Notes: generated from the sequence alone by a model not told the origin. DNA of 64,000 nucleotides from a candidate division FCPU426 bacterium (GCA_963840035.1 CAWIXE010000002.1:1024001-1088000), one strand, 5' to 3'; counted from the stretch's first letter, positions 1 through 8,994 are shown. Numbers and translations are program-made.

Positions 1-61
1 CTTCACTGAGGAAGACACCAACCCGGGAAAAAGGTTCCATAATAAAACGCATTATTTATAA
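1..61 (+). CDS. Possible 3' end of an upstream gene (partial)
   Basis: Frame from position 2 reads FTEEDTNPGKRFHNKTHYL to TAA at 59-61, followed by a REP hairpin; too short to identify. Confidence 0.3.
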   Translation, partial: FTEEDTNPGKRFHNKTHYL

Positions 62-69
62 GGCCATTT

Positions 70-185
70 GTAGGGACAGCGCTCCCGCGCTGTCCGCGCG
101 GGGATTATGTTATGATTTTTAAACGTGGCTATAAATTCAGGTGAAAAAAAAACGCCGGCGGACAGCGCGGGAGCGCTGTCCCTAC
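70..185. repeat. GTAG-type REP doublet (perfect 28-bp inverted repeat)
   Basis: gtagggacagcgctcccgcgctgtccgc (70-97) and its exact reverse complement (158-185); each arm is itself a hairpin. Confidence 0.85.
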
Positions 186-700
186 TCTGCGTACACCCAT
201 TCAAAATCTCTTATTTTACTATTCCAATAAGCAATCGCGCTGTCAGCGTGAAACCGTTTAAACATGATTACCGGCGTTTTAAAAGTCCGGCCCTGCCATG
301 TCCCGGTGAAACTTTCCAGGCTGAGGTTATCCGGTAAGGATTTATACTTTCCCAGGAAATATTTCCTGTAATTGGAGCCTTCGCTGATCAAAGCGATAGC
401 CTGAGCGGAAAAATTCACAACAACCCCGTTTTCCACCACATCCGACCTGACAATAAAGGCATAATCCTTTATGCCGTCAGAGTTAAAATCCGTGTTTACA
501 TATCCCGGGCTTTTTAGTGTTATCTTGTGTTTCTTTAAAAAGGTTAAAAAATCATCGCTTAAATCCTTTACAGTCATTGTCCTTGCGTCAGGGCCGAATG
601 ACATGAGCACGCTTTCAAAATTAAGGCCTTCAATTGGCCAGATCTGTGAAAAACAGAAAACAGGAAGTAATATTAAAACAAGTACAAAGATTTTTTTCAT
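182..700 (-). CDS. Hypothetical exported protein
   Basis: 172 aa; signal peptide MKKIFVLVLILLPVFCFS; DFNSDGIKD Ca-binding-like loop. Confidence 0.75.
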   Translation of the reverse strand: MKKIFVLVLILLPVFCFSQIWPIEGLNFESVLMSFGPDARTMTVKDLSDDFLTFLKKHKITLKSPGYVNTDFNSDGIKDYAFIVRSDVVENGVVVNFSAQAIALISEGSNYRKYFLGKYKSLPDNLSLESFTGTWQGRTFKTPVIMFKRFHADSAIAYWNSKIRDFEWVYAE

Positions 701-721
701 ACCCGCCCCTTTTAAGTCCCA

Positions 722-751
722 CGTAGAGATGGGGTTAACCTCATCTCTACG
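722..751. repeat. GTAG...CTAC palindromic hairpin (REP-like or terminator)
   Basis: cgtagagatggggttaacctcatctctacg, immediately after the anti-sigma stop. Confidence 0.6.
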
Positions 752-756
752 AAGGC

Positions 757-1803
757 TTATTTTCCCTGCGACATTTTCAACACCGCGCCTGTTGCCGCGT
801 CTATTTCAATTCCCGGAACACTGCCGGCCCATCCTTCGACAGGCTTGCCGTCTATTTTCCACACATTATCTTTGAGCAATACCGCATATGGTTTAAATGA
901 ATCTAATGTTGCTTTATCAAATCCGGCTTTTATCCAGGCCTTTTCCGCGATCTCAACAGCCTGCACTTTTGTAATTGCAGCTTTTATACTTACCCCTGCT
1001 GTTTTTGTAGCGCCCCACGAATCAAAAGCCGCTTGTGACTCAAAACCGGGAGCCGCCTGTTCAGTTGAAACCCCTTTATAAAAATTCAAAGCTGAATCCT
1101 CAGTTTTGTCATATTCATAATTAGCCTTTAATTCGACACTTTCCGCTTGCGGTTCCATTAACCCTAGCGATTTTTTTGCCTTATATTCAATATTGACGCC
1201 TGCCGGTTCCGCGGGTGCCGCGGGCTGCGCCTGTGCTTTTGGCGCTGACGCCGGCATAGCCCTTTTAGCGCCGCTGACCGCCGCGCCTGTATCCTTTTTT
1301 GCCTTCGCAATATCAAATACCGCTTCTGCCTTGCCTGACCCTTTTGAAAGGCCTATTTCTTCATTTAATTCAGCCAGCTTATTATCCATTGCTTTTTCCT
1401 TCACCTGCGTCTCAGCCTCAAATTTTGCCGCGTCTTTTACGCCTGCCGCTGATTTATACTCGGGGGTATTTGTAATCTGCCTTATGAAAAAAGCTATCAG
1501 TATTACCCCAAACCCGGTTGCAAAGGCCCTGAAATACGGGTTAAAGACAAAACTTGCCTTCTTTTTGTCCGCCGCATTGAGCTTTTGGTCAAGCTTCGCG
1601 TAAAAGTTTTGCGGCAGTTCCAGCTCTTTTGCCTTTGTATTTTTAAGCTCATTGACGGCCTTTCGCGTAAGTTCAAGTTCCAACGGGCAGTCTTTGCATG
1701 TTTTTAAATGCGCTTCGAAATCAGACAACGCTTTGCCCGTCAGTTTCTTATCTATATACTCTGATATGCTGTTGTGGAATTCTTTATGATTCATCTTCAT
1801 CAC
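757..1803 (-). CDS. Zinc-finger (zf-HC2/ZAS) anti-sigma factor with TM helix, low-complexity linker and YbbC/YhhH-like C-terminal domain
   Basis: HLKTCKDC motif, TM FATGFGVILIAFFI, overlaps the ECF sigma stop. Confidence 0.85.
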   Translation of the reverse strand: MMKMNHKEFHNSISEYIDKKLTGKALSDFEAHLKTCKDCPLELELTRKAVNELKNTKAKELELPQNFYAKLDQKLNAADKKKASFVFNPYFRAFATGFGVILIAFFIRQITNTPEYKSAAGVKDAAKFEAETQVKEKAMDNKLAELNEEIGLSKGSGKAEAVFDIAKAKKDTGAAVSGAKRAMPASAPKAQAQPAAPAEPAGVNIEYKAKKSLGLMEPQAESVELKANYEYDKTEDSALNFYKGVSTEQAAPGFESQAAFDSWGATKTAGVSIKAAITKVQAVEIAEKAWIKAGFDKATLDSFKPYAVLLKDNVWKIDGKPVEGWAGSVPGIEIDAATGAVLKMSQGK

Positions 1804-2389
1804 CTATTATCGGCGTCAGCTTGATTTTAAGCGCTTCCCTTGCCCTTGCTATCCTTGACTTCACAGTTCCGAGCGCCACTTTTGTTATTTCCGATATTTC
1901 CTCGTAACTTAACTCCTCTATCTCCCGCAGCACAAGCATTTCCCTTGCCTGCTCCGGGAGTTCGTCCACGGCCTTTCGTACTATCTCTTTTCTGTGGAAT
2001 TTCTCAAACTCCTCGTCTGCGCCCGGCTTTTTATCCGGCAGTTCAAGCTTTATCGAGCCTTCTTCGCCTTCTATGACCTCATCGAGCGAATCATGCTTAA
2101 AAAAGAACCTGCGGCTTTCATATCTCACCCTGTTCTTCCAGGCGTTTATGGCTATCCTGTATACCCAGTTCCCGAACGGACAGTCATGCCCGAACCTGTT
2201 TATGGAGTTATAAGCGTTCACAAAAGCGTCCTGGGCAATATCCTCAGCCGCCTCTTTTGAATTAGAGAGCCGGTAACAAAGATTATATACCTTAGCAGCG
2301 CATGACCTAACCAGCGCGTCAAAAGCATTCCTGTCGCCCTTTTTAGCTTTTAAAACAAGCTCTTTTTCTTCTTTAGTTATCTCAGCCAC
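1784..2389 (-). CDS. ECF sigma-70 family factor (RpoE/SigW-like)
   Basis: Region 2 AEDIAQDAF...WVYRIAIN; region 4 LSYEEISEI...GTVKSRIARAR; GTG start. Confidence 0.93.
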   Translation of the reverse strand: MAEITKEEKELVLKAKKGDRNAFDALVRSCAAKVYNLCYRLSNSKEAAEDIAQDAFVNAYNSINRFGHDCPFGNWVYRIAINAWKNRVRYESRRFFFKHDSLDEVIEGEEGSIKLELPDKKPGADEEFEKFHRKEIVRKAVDELPEQAREMLVLREIEELSYEEISEITKVALGTVKSRIARAREALKIKLTPIIGDEDES

Positions 2390-2395
2390 TTAAAC

Positions 2396-2421
2396 AGACA
2401 CCATTCCTTTATTTTTGTTCC
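2396..2421 (-). promoter_or_regulatory. Candidate ECF-sigma (autoregulatory) promoter GGAAC-N17-GTCT
   Basis: Minus strand GGAACaaaaataaaggaatggtGTCTgtttaaGTG directly ahead of the sigma start codon. Confidence 0.55.
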
Positions 2422-2461
2422 AGGTGTTTAAAAACGCCAATCGACAATAGTCAATCATCAA

Positions 2462-3367
2462 TTATTTGACAACATCGGTCTTACCTATGAGCATATTACC
2501 CAGAATCCTCAGATAGTCTTTTATCGTTATATAAACCGCGTTATCAGGCATAGGAACCTTGTGCGGAAACGGCCTTGAATATACGTTAACCAGCGTATGG
2601 TGAAGCACGTGTTCCCTTGTGTCACCATGGGTAAAGAACAGGAATATTTTTTCCATAAACCCCTTGTCGCTTAAATTCCTGGTTTTAATGTTCCTGTTGT
2701 TATAATCCCCCTCAACTATCAGGTTGCCGTGCTCTATCATCTGCGAATGGTGCAGGAAGAAAGAATTGATCCAGATGGAAACCAGGTATGAAACAGCCAC
2801 AGCCCCGGCGCTGACGCCGAATACGAAATGCGCGGCTGTGCCAAGCCCTCCCAAAAACAGGGCTATCATCAGCAGTGTCAGCAGCGATGATGATCTCCTG
2901 TATTTAGCTTTATACTTAGGATGAGCGGGCAGAACAGCCGTTCCCATAAGCGAAATAAACGCTATGCCCAGGAAAATTTCGGCAATGTTATAAATGATCT
3001 TAACTGCCCTGCTCTTTATCTCGCCGAGCGGGTGGAACTCAGTGTCATCCCATGTATTTACTTGGGAGTGATGAAATCCGTGAAGGATCTTATATATCTG
3101 GGGGTCTGTCAGAAGCATCCAGGAAAGGACATAATACAATTTTTCATTGTCAATATTTGTCACATATTTATGCCAGGTCTCATGCATAAGGTATCCAAGC
3201 CAGGTAAAAAGATATAGCCCGGGGAATATCATATAAGCAACAGACCACCATCCCGCTGCGGCAAAAACATAAGGAAGCGTAAAAAGATAAGCCGGCCACG
3301 CAAACATGATGAAATAGAACTTCCAGGCCTGAGATTTAATTTCCTGTTCAGATATGTATTCAGCCAT
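2462..3367 (-). CDS. Membrane fatty acid desaturase family protein
   Basis: His boxes HETWH, HGFHH, HVLHH; several TM segments. Confidence 0.85.
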   Translation of the reverse strand: MAEYISEQEIKSQAWKFYFIMFAWPAYLFTLPYVFAAAGWWSVAYMIFPGLYLFTWLGYLMHETWHKYVTNIDNEKLYYVLSWMLLTDPQIYKILHGFHHSQVNTWDDTEFHPLGEIKSRAVKIIYNIAEIFLGIAFISLMGTAVLPAHPKYKAKYRRSSSLLTLLMIALFLGGLGTAAHFVFGVSAGAVAVSYLVSIWINSFFLHHSQMIEHGNLIVEGDYNNRNIKTRNLSDKGFMEKIFLFFTHGDTREHVLHHTLVNVYSRPFPHKVPMPDNAVYITIKDYLRILGNMLIGKTDVVK

Positions 3368-3399
3368 ATAACCCTCCTATATGAGTAGATAACGACATA

Positions 3400-3428
3400 A
3401 TTATATATAGTAAAAGGTTTTTTTGCAA
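3400..3428 (-). promoter_or_regulatory. Sigma-70 promoter TTGCAA-N17-TATAAT
   Basis: Near-consensus match upstream of the desaturase. Confidence 0.55.
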
Positions 3429-3493
3429 TGTTTTTGAAGCAGGTTATTGACATCAGGACATGGCTTGCCACCCACTACTCACCACCCACTACC

Positions 3494-5568
3494 CTACCTC
3501 ACACACACCAGCTTCTCAAACCCCTGCGCCTTTTCCCCTGTCTCTATCTGCGCTGTGACCGAGTATATAAAAGTCCCTGAAGCTATGTGTCTTTTTGCCC
3601 TGTTTTTTCCGTCCCAGTGGAAGTTATTATGGCCGGCTTTCGCGTTTATGCCGCATTCTTCTATGACTATCTCGCCTGATACGGTAAACACCCTCACGCA
3701 CACCTCAGCGTCCCTTGAAAGCCAGTAAACTATGTTTGTGTCCTCGGCAAAAGGGTCGTTATAATTGCCTTTTAGTATAAGCTGTAACCGCGGAGTTACC
3801 GGGGTAACAGTTGCAGACGCCTGCGGTGTCGAAGTTACTGTGCGGGTCGGTGTTGCAGTAATTGTCTTTGTAAATGTCAATGTTGGTGTAATTGTCCTTG
3901 TTATTGTTTTTGTCGGGGTAAATGTCATGGTCTGAGTTTTTGTAATCGTATCTGAAACAGTCATTGTCGGCGTTATGCTGAAAGTTGTTGTCATGGTCTG
4001 CGACGGTGTCAGTGTTTGCGTGACAGAATTAGTCAGGGTGACTGTCCGGGTCGGCAGAAGCGTTTCTGTGTGTGTTACGGTATAACTCGGGGTCTCAGTC
4101 AAGGTATCCCCGGGCGTCTGCGTCTGTGTATAAGTCGGGGTCCTGGTAAAAGTCGGCGAATTCGGACTTGTTGCGGTCCTTGTCGCTGTTCTTGTTCCGG
4201 TCGGAGTGCGCGTTGGCGTTACTGTAGCGGTAGAAGTGGATACGAAATCCGTCATCCCTGACCCGCCCGGATAGCCATATCCATCCTGGTCGTCAAAACC
4301 GTACACGTTGACGCCTATTGGAAGCGGTGAAATAATGTTGTGGCTCCCGACCCCGACGCTTACGCGCGTGGCCGAAAAACCGCTGGATGCAATAGAAATA
4401 AAACTACCCGCAGGTATAACCGAACCGTCAACTGATAATAGCCCGGCTGCGGCGTCAGGGGCAGTGATATTTAAATAATTCGCAGAGAAACCGGATTGTG
4501 GCGTCCCAACAGTGTAATTATCCAGATACTGCTCGACAGGTTCTATAATCATCATGAACGGGTCGCCGGTTGTGGAATCAAACATGGTGCTGTTTGAATA
4601 CTGCATAACAAGCACCCGGTTGTTCGAAGTTATCATTCCCGCCCCGCTGATTAACGCCTCAAAAAACGCGCCTTTGACCATAGGCGACGGGTTTAAAAGA
4701 GCCCCGTCAAGGTACAGGTATGTGCCGTTTTGTGACGCCATAATTCTGTAGGTATCGGTCCCTGACCTTCCCGCAAGCGGAACGATAATAAATTGTTTCC
4801 CCCAGCTCGATGTCGGGGCAGCTGTTCCACAAGGTAATTGCAGTAGTTGGATGACACCGGGATATCCGCGCAGATATGGCCCCCGAAAACAGCAATACGC
4901 CTGTCAGAATCCACGGTTGTTCCGGTTAAATCCTCACTGCCGGGATTGTCATCTCGCAGTAAATAGACCTGCCCTTTATTCAGAATTACGTCATACGGGA
5001 CATTCTGGATCCTGCCGCCTATCGTGCAGTTAAGCCTGATTGTCACCGTGGTGTTATCTTCGACAGCCACTACGGCAAATTCACTTCCTACCGGGTTATT
5101 TACGCCGCCGTTATTGAATGAAAGAATTATATGGTTGGTGCCAAGCGCTTCCACAGGAAGGCCCAAAAACGCGTCTGTAATGACAGGGCTGTGCGAATAA
5201 CCGTATACGGTTACCGGATCAGCCGAGGTTACATGTATACCCCTCACCGAAACAACGTCGCTGTCAAAAACGTCGCTGTTCCATGGCAGGTCCACATAGG
5301 TTATAGCGCCGGCAGTCACATTTACATTTTTGTTAAACGTCAGGACCGGCGATAAGGATATGGTCATGTTCACGGTTGCTGTCGTATTGGTCTGTGAAGT
5401 GATGAGTATTTGCTTTGCAGGCGATATTCCCGAACTGTAAGGCGAATAATATGACCCCGGGATGCAAATCCAGAAATCAGTCCCTTCGCTGGTGGGTGAA
5501 GAAAATGCATAAAACGGCATTATGAAAAGATATGCCATTACTGTCAAAACCTTAATTTTTAATTTCAT
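3494..5568 (-). pseudogene. IgGFc-binding-domain surface protein with Thr-rich linker and FlgD-Ig/T9SS-like CTD, split by a 1-nt frameshift (or sequencing error)
   Basis: ORFs 4693-5568 (signal peptide, SEGTDFW, DAFLGLPVEALG, DLTGTTVDSDRRIAVFGGH) and 3494-4741 (GDPFMM, YGYPGG, T-rich tract, WDGKN...ASGTFIY) join into ~691 aa if the C4 run (+ strand gggg 4815-4818) is C5, giving EQLPPTSSWGKQF. Confidence 0.85.
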
Positions 5569-5606
5569 TCCCGCTCCAGTAAGGATGGACTTATTTCTCT
5601 ATAAAT

Positions 5607-5633
5607 ATATCGGAAATATGGGAGAAACCTTGA
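5607..5633 (-). promoter_or_regulatory. Sigma-28 (FliA)-type promoter TCAA-N15-TCCGATAT
   Basis: Matches TAAA-N15-GCCGATAA spacing; -10 identical to the site at 17737-17763. Confidence 0.6.
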
Positions 5634-5656
5634 ATTGAATTAATGTTTTAAACACC

Positions 5657-5823
5657 GGTAGCCCGCAACCTTCGAGATGCTATTGCTAGCCTTGGCGGGC
5701 AAACATTAAATCAGCGCAATTCATCTAATCTTGCCGTGTTAATCACGGCTGGTTGCGAAAGGCAGGTTCTCGCCCGCCTGACACCGGCAGCCAGCCTTGC
5801 GCAACCTGAAGGTTGCGGCTACC
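5657..5823. repeat. GTAG-type REP doublet (REPIN-like) with a structured ~120-nt spacer
   Basis: ggtagcccgcaaccttc (5657-5673) versus gcaacctgaaggttgcggctacc (5801-5823), in inverted orientation. Confidence 0.7.
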
Positions 5824-5827
5824 AGAA

Positions 5828-6898
5828 CTATAAAATACCTTTCTTTAATTCTTCCATATAAACTTTCTTAGCCGTTTTTCCCGACTTATATATGGCCTCG
5901 ACCATCCACTGCGTCTCAAGCCCGGCATCCTCGTCAACGTCCACAGGCGTGTTATTTATAATCGCTTCGTAAAAACGCCTTATCTCCACCGAATGGCAAT
6001 AGCCCCAGTATTCTTTCCATCCGCTTCCATAATCAATGAACTCGCTCTTTTTAGGTTTGGCTGAAAGATGGCTTCCAAAAAGTTTCTTCTCATTAAAATA
6101 AACGTCTGCCTGGTCCTTCACTATTTTTACTTTGCCTTTTTCGCAGTGTATTTCCATGACCACGTCATCGTCGTATGAATAATGGCATATGGTATAGAAG
6201 TTGATGTACGAACCGTTCTTAAACATCACAACGCCGGCCGCGTCGTCTTCTACCTGTACTTTTACATGCATCCTGTTGGCGATGGACGCGTCTACCCAGT
6301 CTATTTCAGAGTTAAATACGTAACGTAGAATGTCCAATGAATGGATTGCCTGATCTATAATAACCCCGCCGCCCTCTTTATCCCATGTCCCCTTCCAGTC
6401 GCTTTTAAGATAATACTCGTCAGGCTTGCACCATGAAAGTATCAGCTTTGCCGAGAGTATCTTTCCCAGTTTTCCTGACTCAATTGTCTTTTTAGCCAGC
6501 TGCGTGGAGGGGTTATACCTGTTCTGGAACGAAATGGCAAACTTTACCTTCTTTTCTTTTATCTTTTTATAAAGCGCCACAGCGTCAGCTGCGCTTGTGG
6601 TCATGGGTTTTTCCTGGTAAATGTGGACGCCGCGTTCAGCGGCGTATTCAGTCATTTCTTTGTGCAGGTAGTGCGGGGTACACACATGTACCACGTCTGG
6701 TTTTACCTGGTCAATCATGCTTTTATAATTGGCGAATGTTTCACAGCCGTATTTATTCCCCGCGGCCAGAAGCCTGTCCTGTTTTATGTCACAAACAGCC
6801 TTTAATTCGGCAATATCCTTACATGCCTGACGCACAGATTCCGCGTGCATCGGAAAAATAGTTCCGCATCCTATGATCGCAACCTTTAACTTAGCCAT
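5828..6898 (-). CDS. Gfo/Idh/MocA family NAD(P)-dependent oxidoreductase
   Basis: VAIIGCG Rossmann motif, EKP, GGGVIIDQAIHSLD; GGAGG RBS favours ATG 6898 over 6964. Confidence 0.9.
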   Translation of the reverse strand: MAKLKVAIIGCGTIFPMHAESVRQACKDIAELKAVCDIKQDRLLAAGNKYGCETFANYKSMIDQVKPDVVHVCTPHYLHKEMTEYAAERGVHIYQEKPMTTSAADAVALYKKIKEKKVKFAISFQNRYNPSTQLAKKTIESGKLGKILSAKLILSWCKPDEYYLKSDWKGTWDKEGGGVIIDQAIHSLDILRYVFNSEIDWVDASIANRMHVKVQVEDDAAGVVMFKNGSYINFYTICHYSYDDDVVMEIHCEKGKVKIVKDQADVYFNEKKLFGSHLSAKPKKSEFIDYGSGWKEYWGYCHSVEIRRFYEAIINNTPVDVDEDAGLETQWMVEAIYKSGKTAKKVYMEELKKGIL

Positions 6899-6911
6899 AC
6901 CTAACCCTCCA

Positions 6912-6956
6912 TTTGTCTTATTTGTCTTATTTGTCTTATTTGTCCTATTTGTCCTA
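6912..6956. repeat. 9-bp tandem repeat (tttgtcYta x5)
   Basis: Direct reading. Confidence 0.85.
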
Positions 6957-6963
6957 TTAGCCA

Positions 6964-7530
6964 TTACTCAAAAACGTGCGTCAGCTGCACTCCGGCAAAA
7001 ATACCGCTCAAATCAATATACCCCGGATCAAAAGGCGCGTAGTTAAAGCCGGCTTTGTAATACCTGTATCCGACTTCCAACCCGGCATAAAACTGCCCCT
7101 TTACCTGATAAAGAAACGCTTCTTTAACCGCAAATTCAAAACCTCCGCCTTTTTCATCATTTACATCTATTCTATACCTTGCAATTCCATATCCGGCCGA
7201 CACTGTTGACCAGAGCATATATTTTTTTTCATCAAATAACACCATATAGCCAAGGTCCACCGAAGGTATCGGCGAGATGATTCTCATGTTATGGCCTGAC
7301 AAATCCAAATCCTCAATGCCCAAATGATTATAAGCAAACCCCGCGCTGAAACCATTTTCCCAAACCCAGCCCAACCCTCCGTTTGGCACGGCAACCCTTC
7401 CGGATTTTATCCCGAAATCTTTATTTTCCCCGTACATCTCCTGATCATATCCGAGAGTAAGGTATAATCCGGCATTTATAATCGCCGACATAGCAGCAAC
7501 AAAAAAAAGTATCAGCACTGTTCTTTTCAT
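6964..7530 (-). CDS. Putative outer-membrane beta-barrel protein (OmpA/OmpW-like size)
   Basis: Signal peptide, alternating amphipathic strands (FYAGLEVGYRYY), aromatic near the C-terminus. Confidence 0.65.
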   Translation of the reverse strand: MKRTVLILFFVAAMSAIINAGLYLTLGYDQEMYGENKDFGIKSGRVAVPNGGLGWVWENGFSAGFAYNHLGIEDLDLSGHNMRIISPIPSVDLGYMVLFDEKKYMLWSTVSAGYGIARYRIDVNDEKGGGFEFAVKEAFLYQVKGQFYAGLEVGYRYYKAGFNYAPFDPGYIDLSGIFAGVQLTHVFE

Positions 7531-7538
7531 GTTCCCTC

Positions 7539-8231
7539 CTAAATTTGTATGCTTAAATATTCATTCCCGCCTTTTACAAACTCAAAATCAACCCTCTTTA
7601 TCTCAAACTTTACCTTTGTAAATTTCATATCATTCATTATCCTGTCCACAAATTCGCACCTTTTCCACCTTAAGTTCACTATCGGGAATATCCTTATTTC
7701 CTCCCTCGTGACCCTGATGAGTTCCGATATGGCGTCGCAGTGGAAGTTATAGTCCAGGTGCTCATCATACAGGAAGAGAAAATGCGAAACAAGCGTCAGG
7801 TCAAACTCCTTATCAGTCAGAACCGTGTCAGGCAAAGACGTGTTTATGTACCTGTAATTGCCCTTTGCCTTATAATCAACAATGAACCTTTTATAAGCCT
7901 CTTCGCGGTATTTTTTAAGGGTTTCAATATCCTTATAAAAGCCCCAGTTATAGTTATCCTTTACAGCCGGCAGTTTCGATATCATCTCAGCCAGGTCTTG
8001 CCTGCATTTTGGCTCAAGTTCTTCAGGCGAATACTTATAGAGCCTGTCCGCTGATTTTGCGTCAAACCCCAGCTCATTTGCCTCCGCGGTAAAAGAAGAA
8101 ACCCCTCCGCCCGCATCCAGTATCTGGGTATTCTTAAGCTCAGTAAACCGCAGGTCAAACATCCGGGAATACTCATCAAGCGTCCTGCCGATTGCGATAA
8201 TATCATTCAGTTCAAACTTTTCGATACTCAA
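7539..8231 (-). CDS. Class I SAM-dependent methyltransferase
   Basis: ILDAGGGVSSF, FDLTLVSHFLFLY, EIRIFP; probable TTG start at 8231 after GGGGTG. Confidence 0.8.
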   Translation of the reverse strand: MSIEKFELNDIIAIGRTLDEYSRMFDLRFTELKNTQILDAGGGVSSFTAEANELGFDAKSADRLYKYSPEELEPKCRQDLAEMISKLPAVKDNYNWGFYKDIETLKKYREEAYKRFIVDYKAKGNYRYINTSLPDTVLTDKEFDLTLVSHFLFLYDEHLDYNFHCDAISELIRVTREEIRIFPIVNLRWKRCEFVDRIMNDMKFTKVKFEIKRVDFEFVKGGNEYLSIQI

Positions 8232-8310
8232 TTTGATACACCCCGTAAGTGTTTGCGGGTAGAGGGTTGAGTCCGAAGTAACTCCGAACCCCACCCTCCA
8301 CCCTCAAAAC

Positions 8311-8994
8311 CTAATTCAATCCTTCTTTATACCTGTCCTCAACTTTAACATTCATTATATCCGTGACTTTTGTCAATACCGCGTCAAATTCCGCCTCTTT
8401 TCCCTCTTCGCAGATAAGGTAAGCCCTGAGCGCCACAGAATCGCTTACCATGGCGTTTTTTACAGGCAGGTAATAGCCCGCCTCTACAGGCCCGGGATTA
8501 TAACCGGTGGTAAAAAACTCCACTACCAGGTTTGTTTCAAGTCCGCCTTCGAGCCTTAACCCAACTGTAAGGGCCAGGTTCATGGTTGTATAGTCCATGT
8601 AATACTTATACACTTTATCTATGTTATAAACAATTTTTTCAAAGATATACTTGATCTCAGCCGGGGTATATTTGTGGAAAAACTCGTCATCTACCTCGAT
8701 AATCTCCTCATCAACTTCATCCATGGCCTGCGATACCGGGTCCGCAGGCGCGTGTTCGTGCTCAGGACCGTGCTCATGGCCGCATTCCTCGCATTCATGA
8801 GTATCATTTTCCATGGATAAAAACTTCTTGATATCTGCCATCTCCGGGTCATTTACAGATTTTAAAGCGTCCCTTAAGTCCTCAAGCTCCAGGCATGTTA
8901 TGCTGCCCTGCTCCACATGGCCGTTTAAGGTAAACTGATACAGAAAATCAGGTATCATTGAGGCAAGATCCAGGTTAAAATTAATTTTTTGCAT
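8311..8994 (-). CDS. Acidic hypothetical protein with a His/Cys-rich segment
   Basis: Start overlaps the prfB stop; contains HECEECGHEHGPEHEH. Confidence 0.7.
   Translation of the reverse strand: MQKINFNLDLASMIPDFLYQFTLNGHVEQGSITCLELEDLRDALKSVNDPEMADIKKFLSMENDTHECEECGHEHGPEHEHAPADPVSQAMDEVDEEIIEVDDEFFHKYTPAEIKYIFEKIVYNIDKVYKYYMDYTTMNLALTVGLRLEGGLETNLVVEFFTTGYNPGPVEAGYYLPVKNAMVSDSVALRAYLICEEGKEAEFDAVLTKVTDIMNVKVEDRYKEGLN

Noticed and set aside
3800..4240. DNA tandem repeat or ice-binding protein in the Thr-rich tract
   Set aside because: Codons vary and there is no fixed period; it fits a low-complexity linker
5674..5796. c-di-GMP-I or cobalamin riboswitch, or HDV-like ribozyme
   Set aside because: Only fragments (ggcaaac, gaacctgcc) resemble the consensus; the required stems and order are missing
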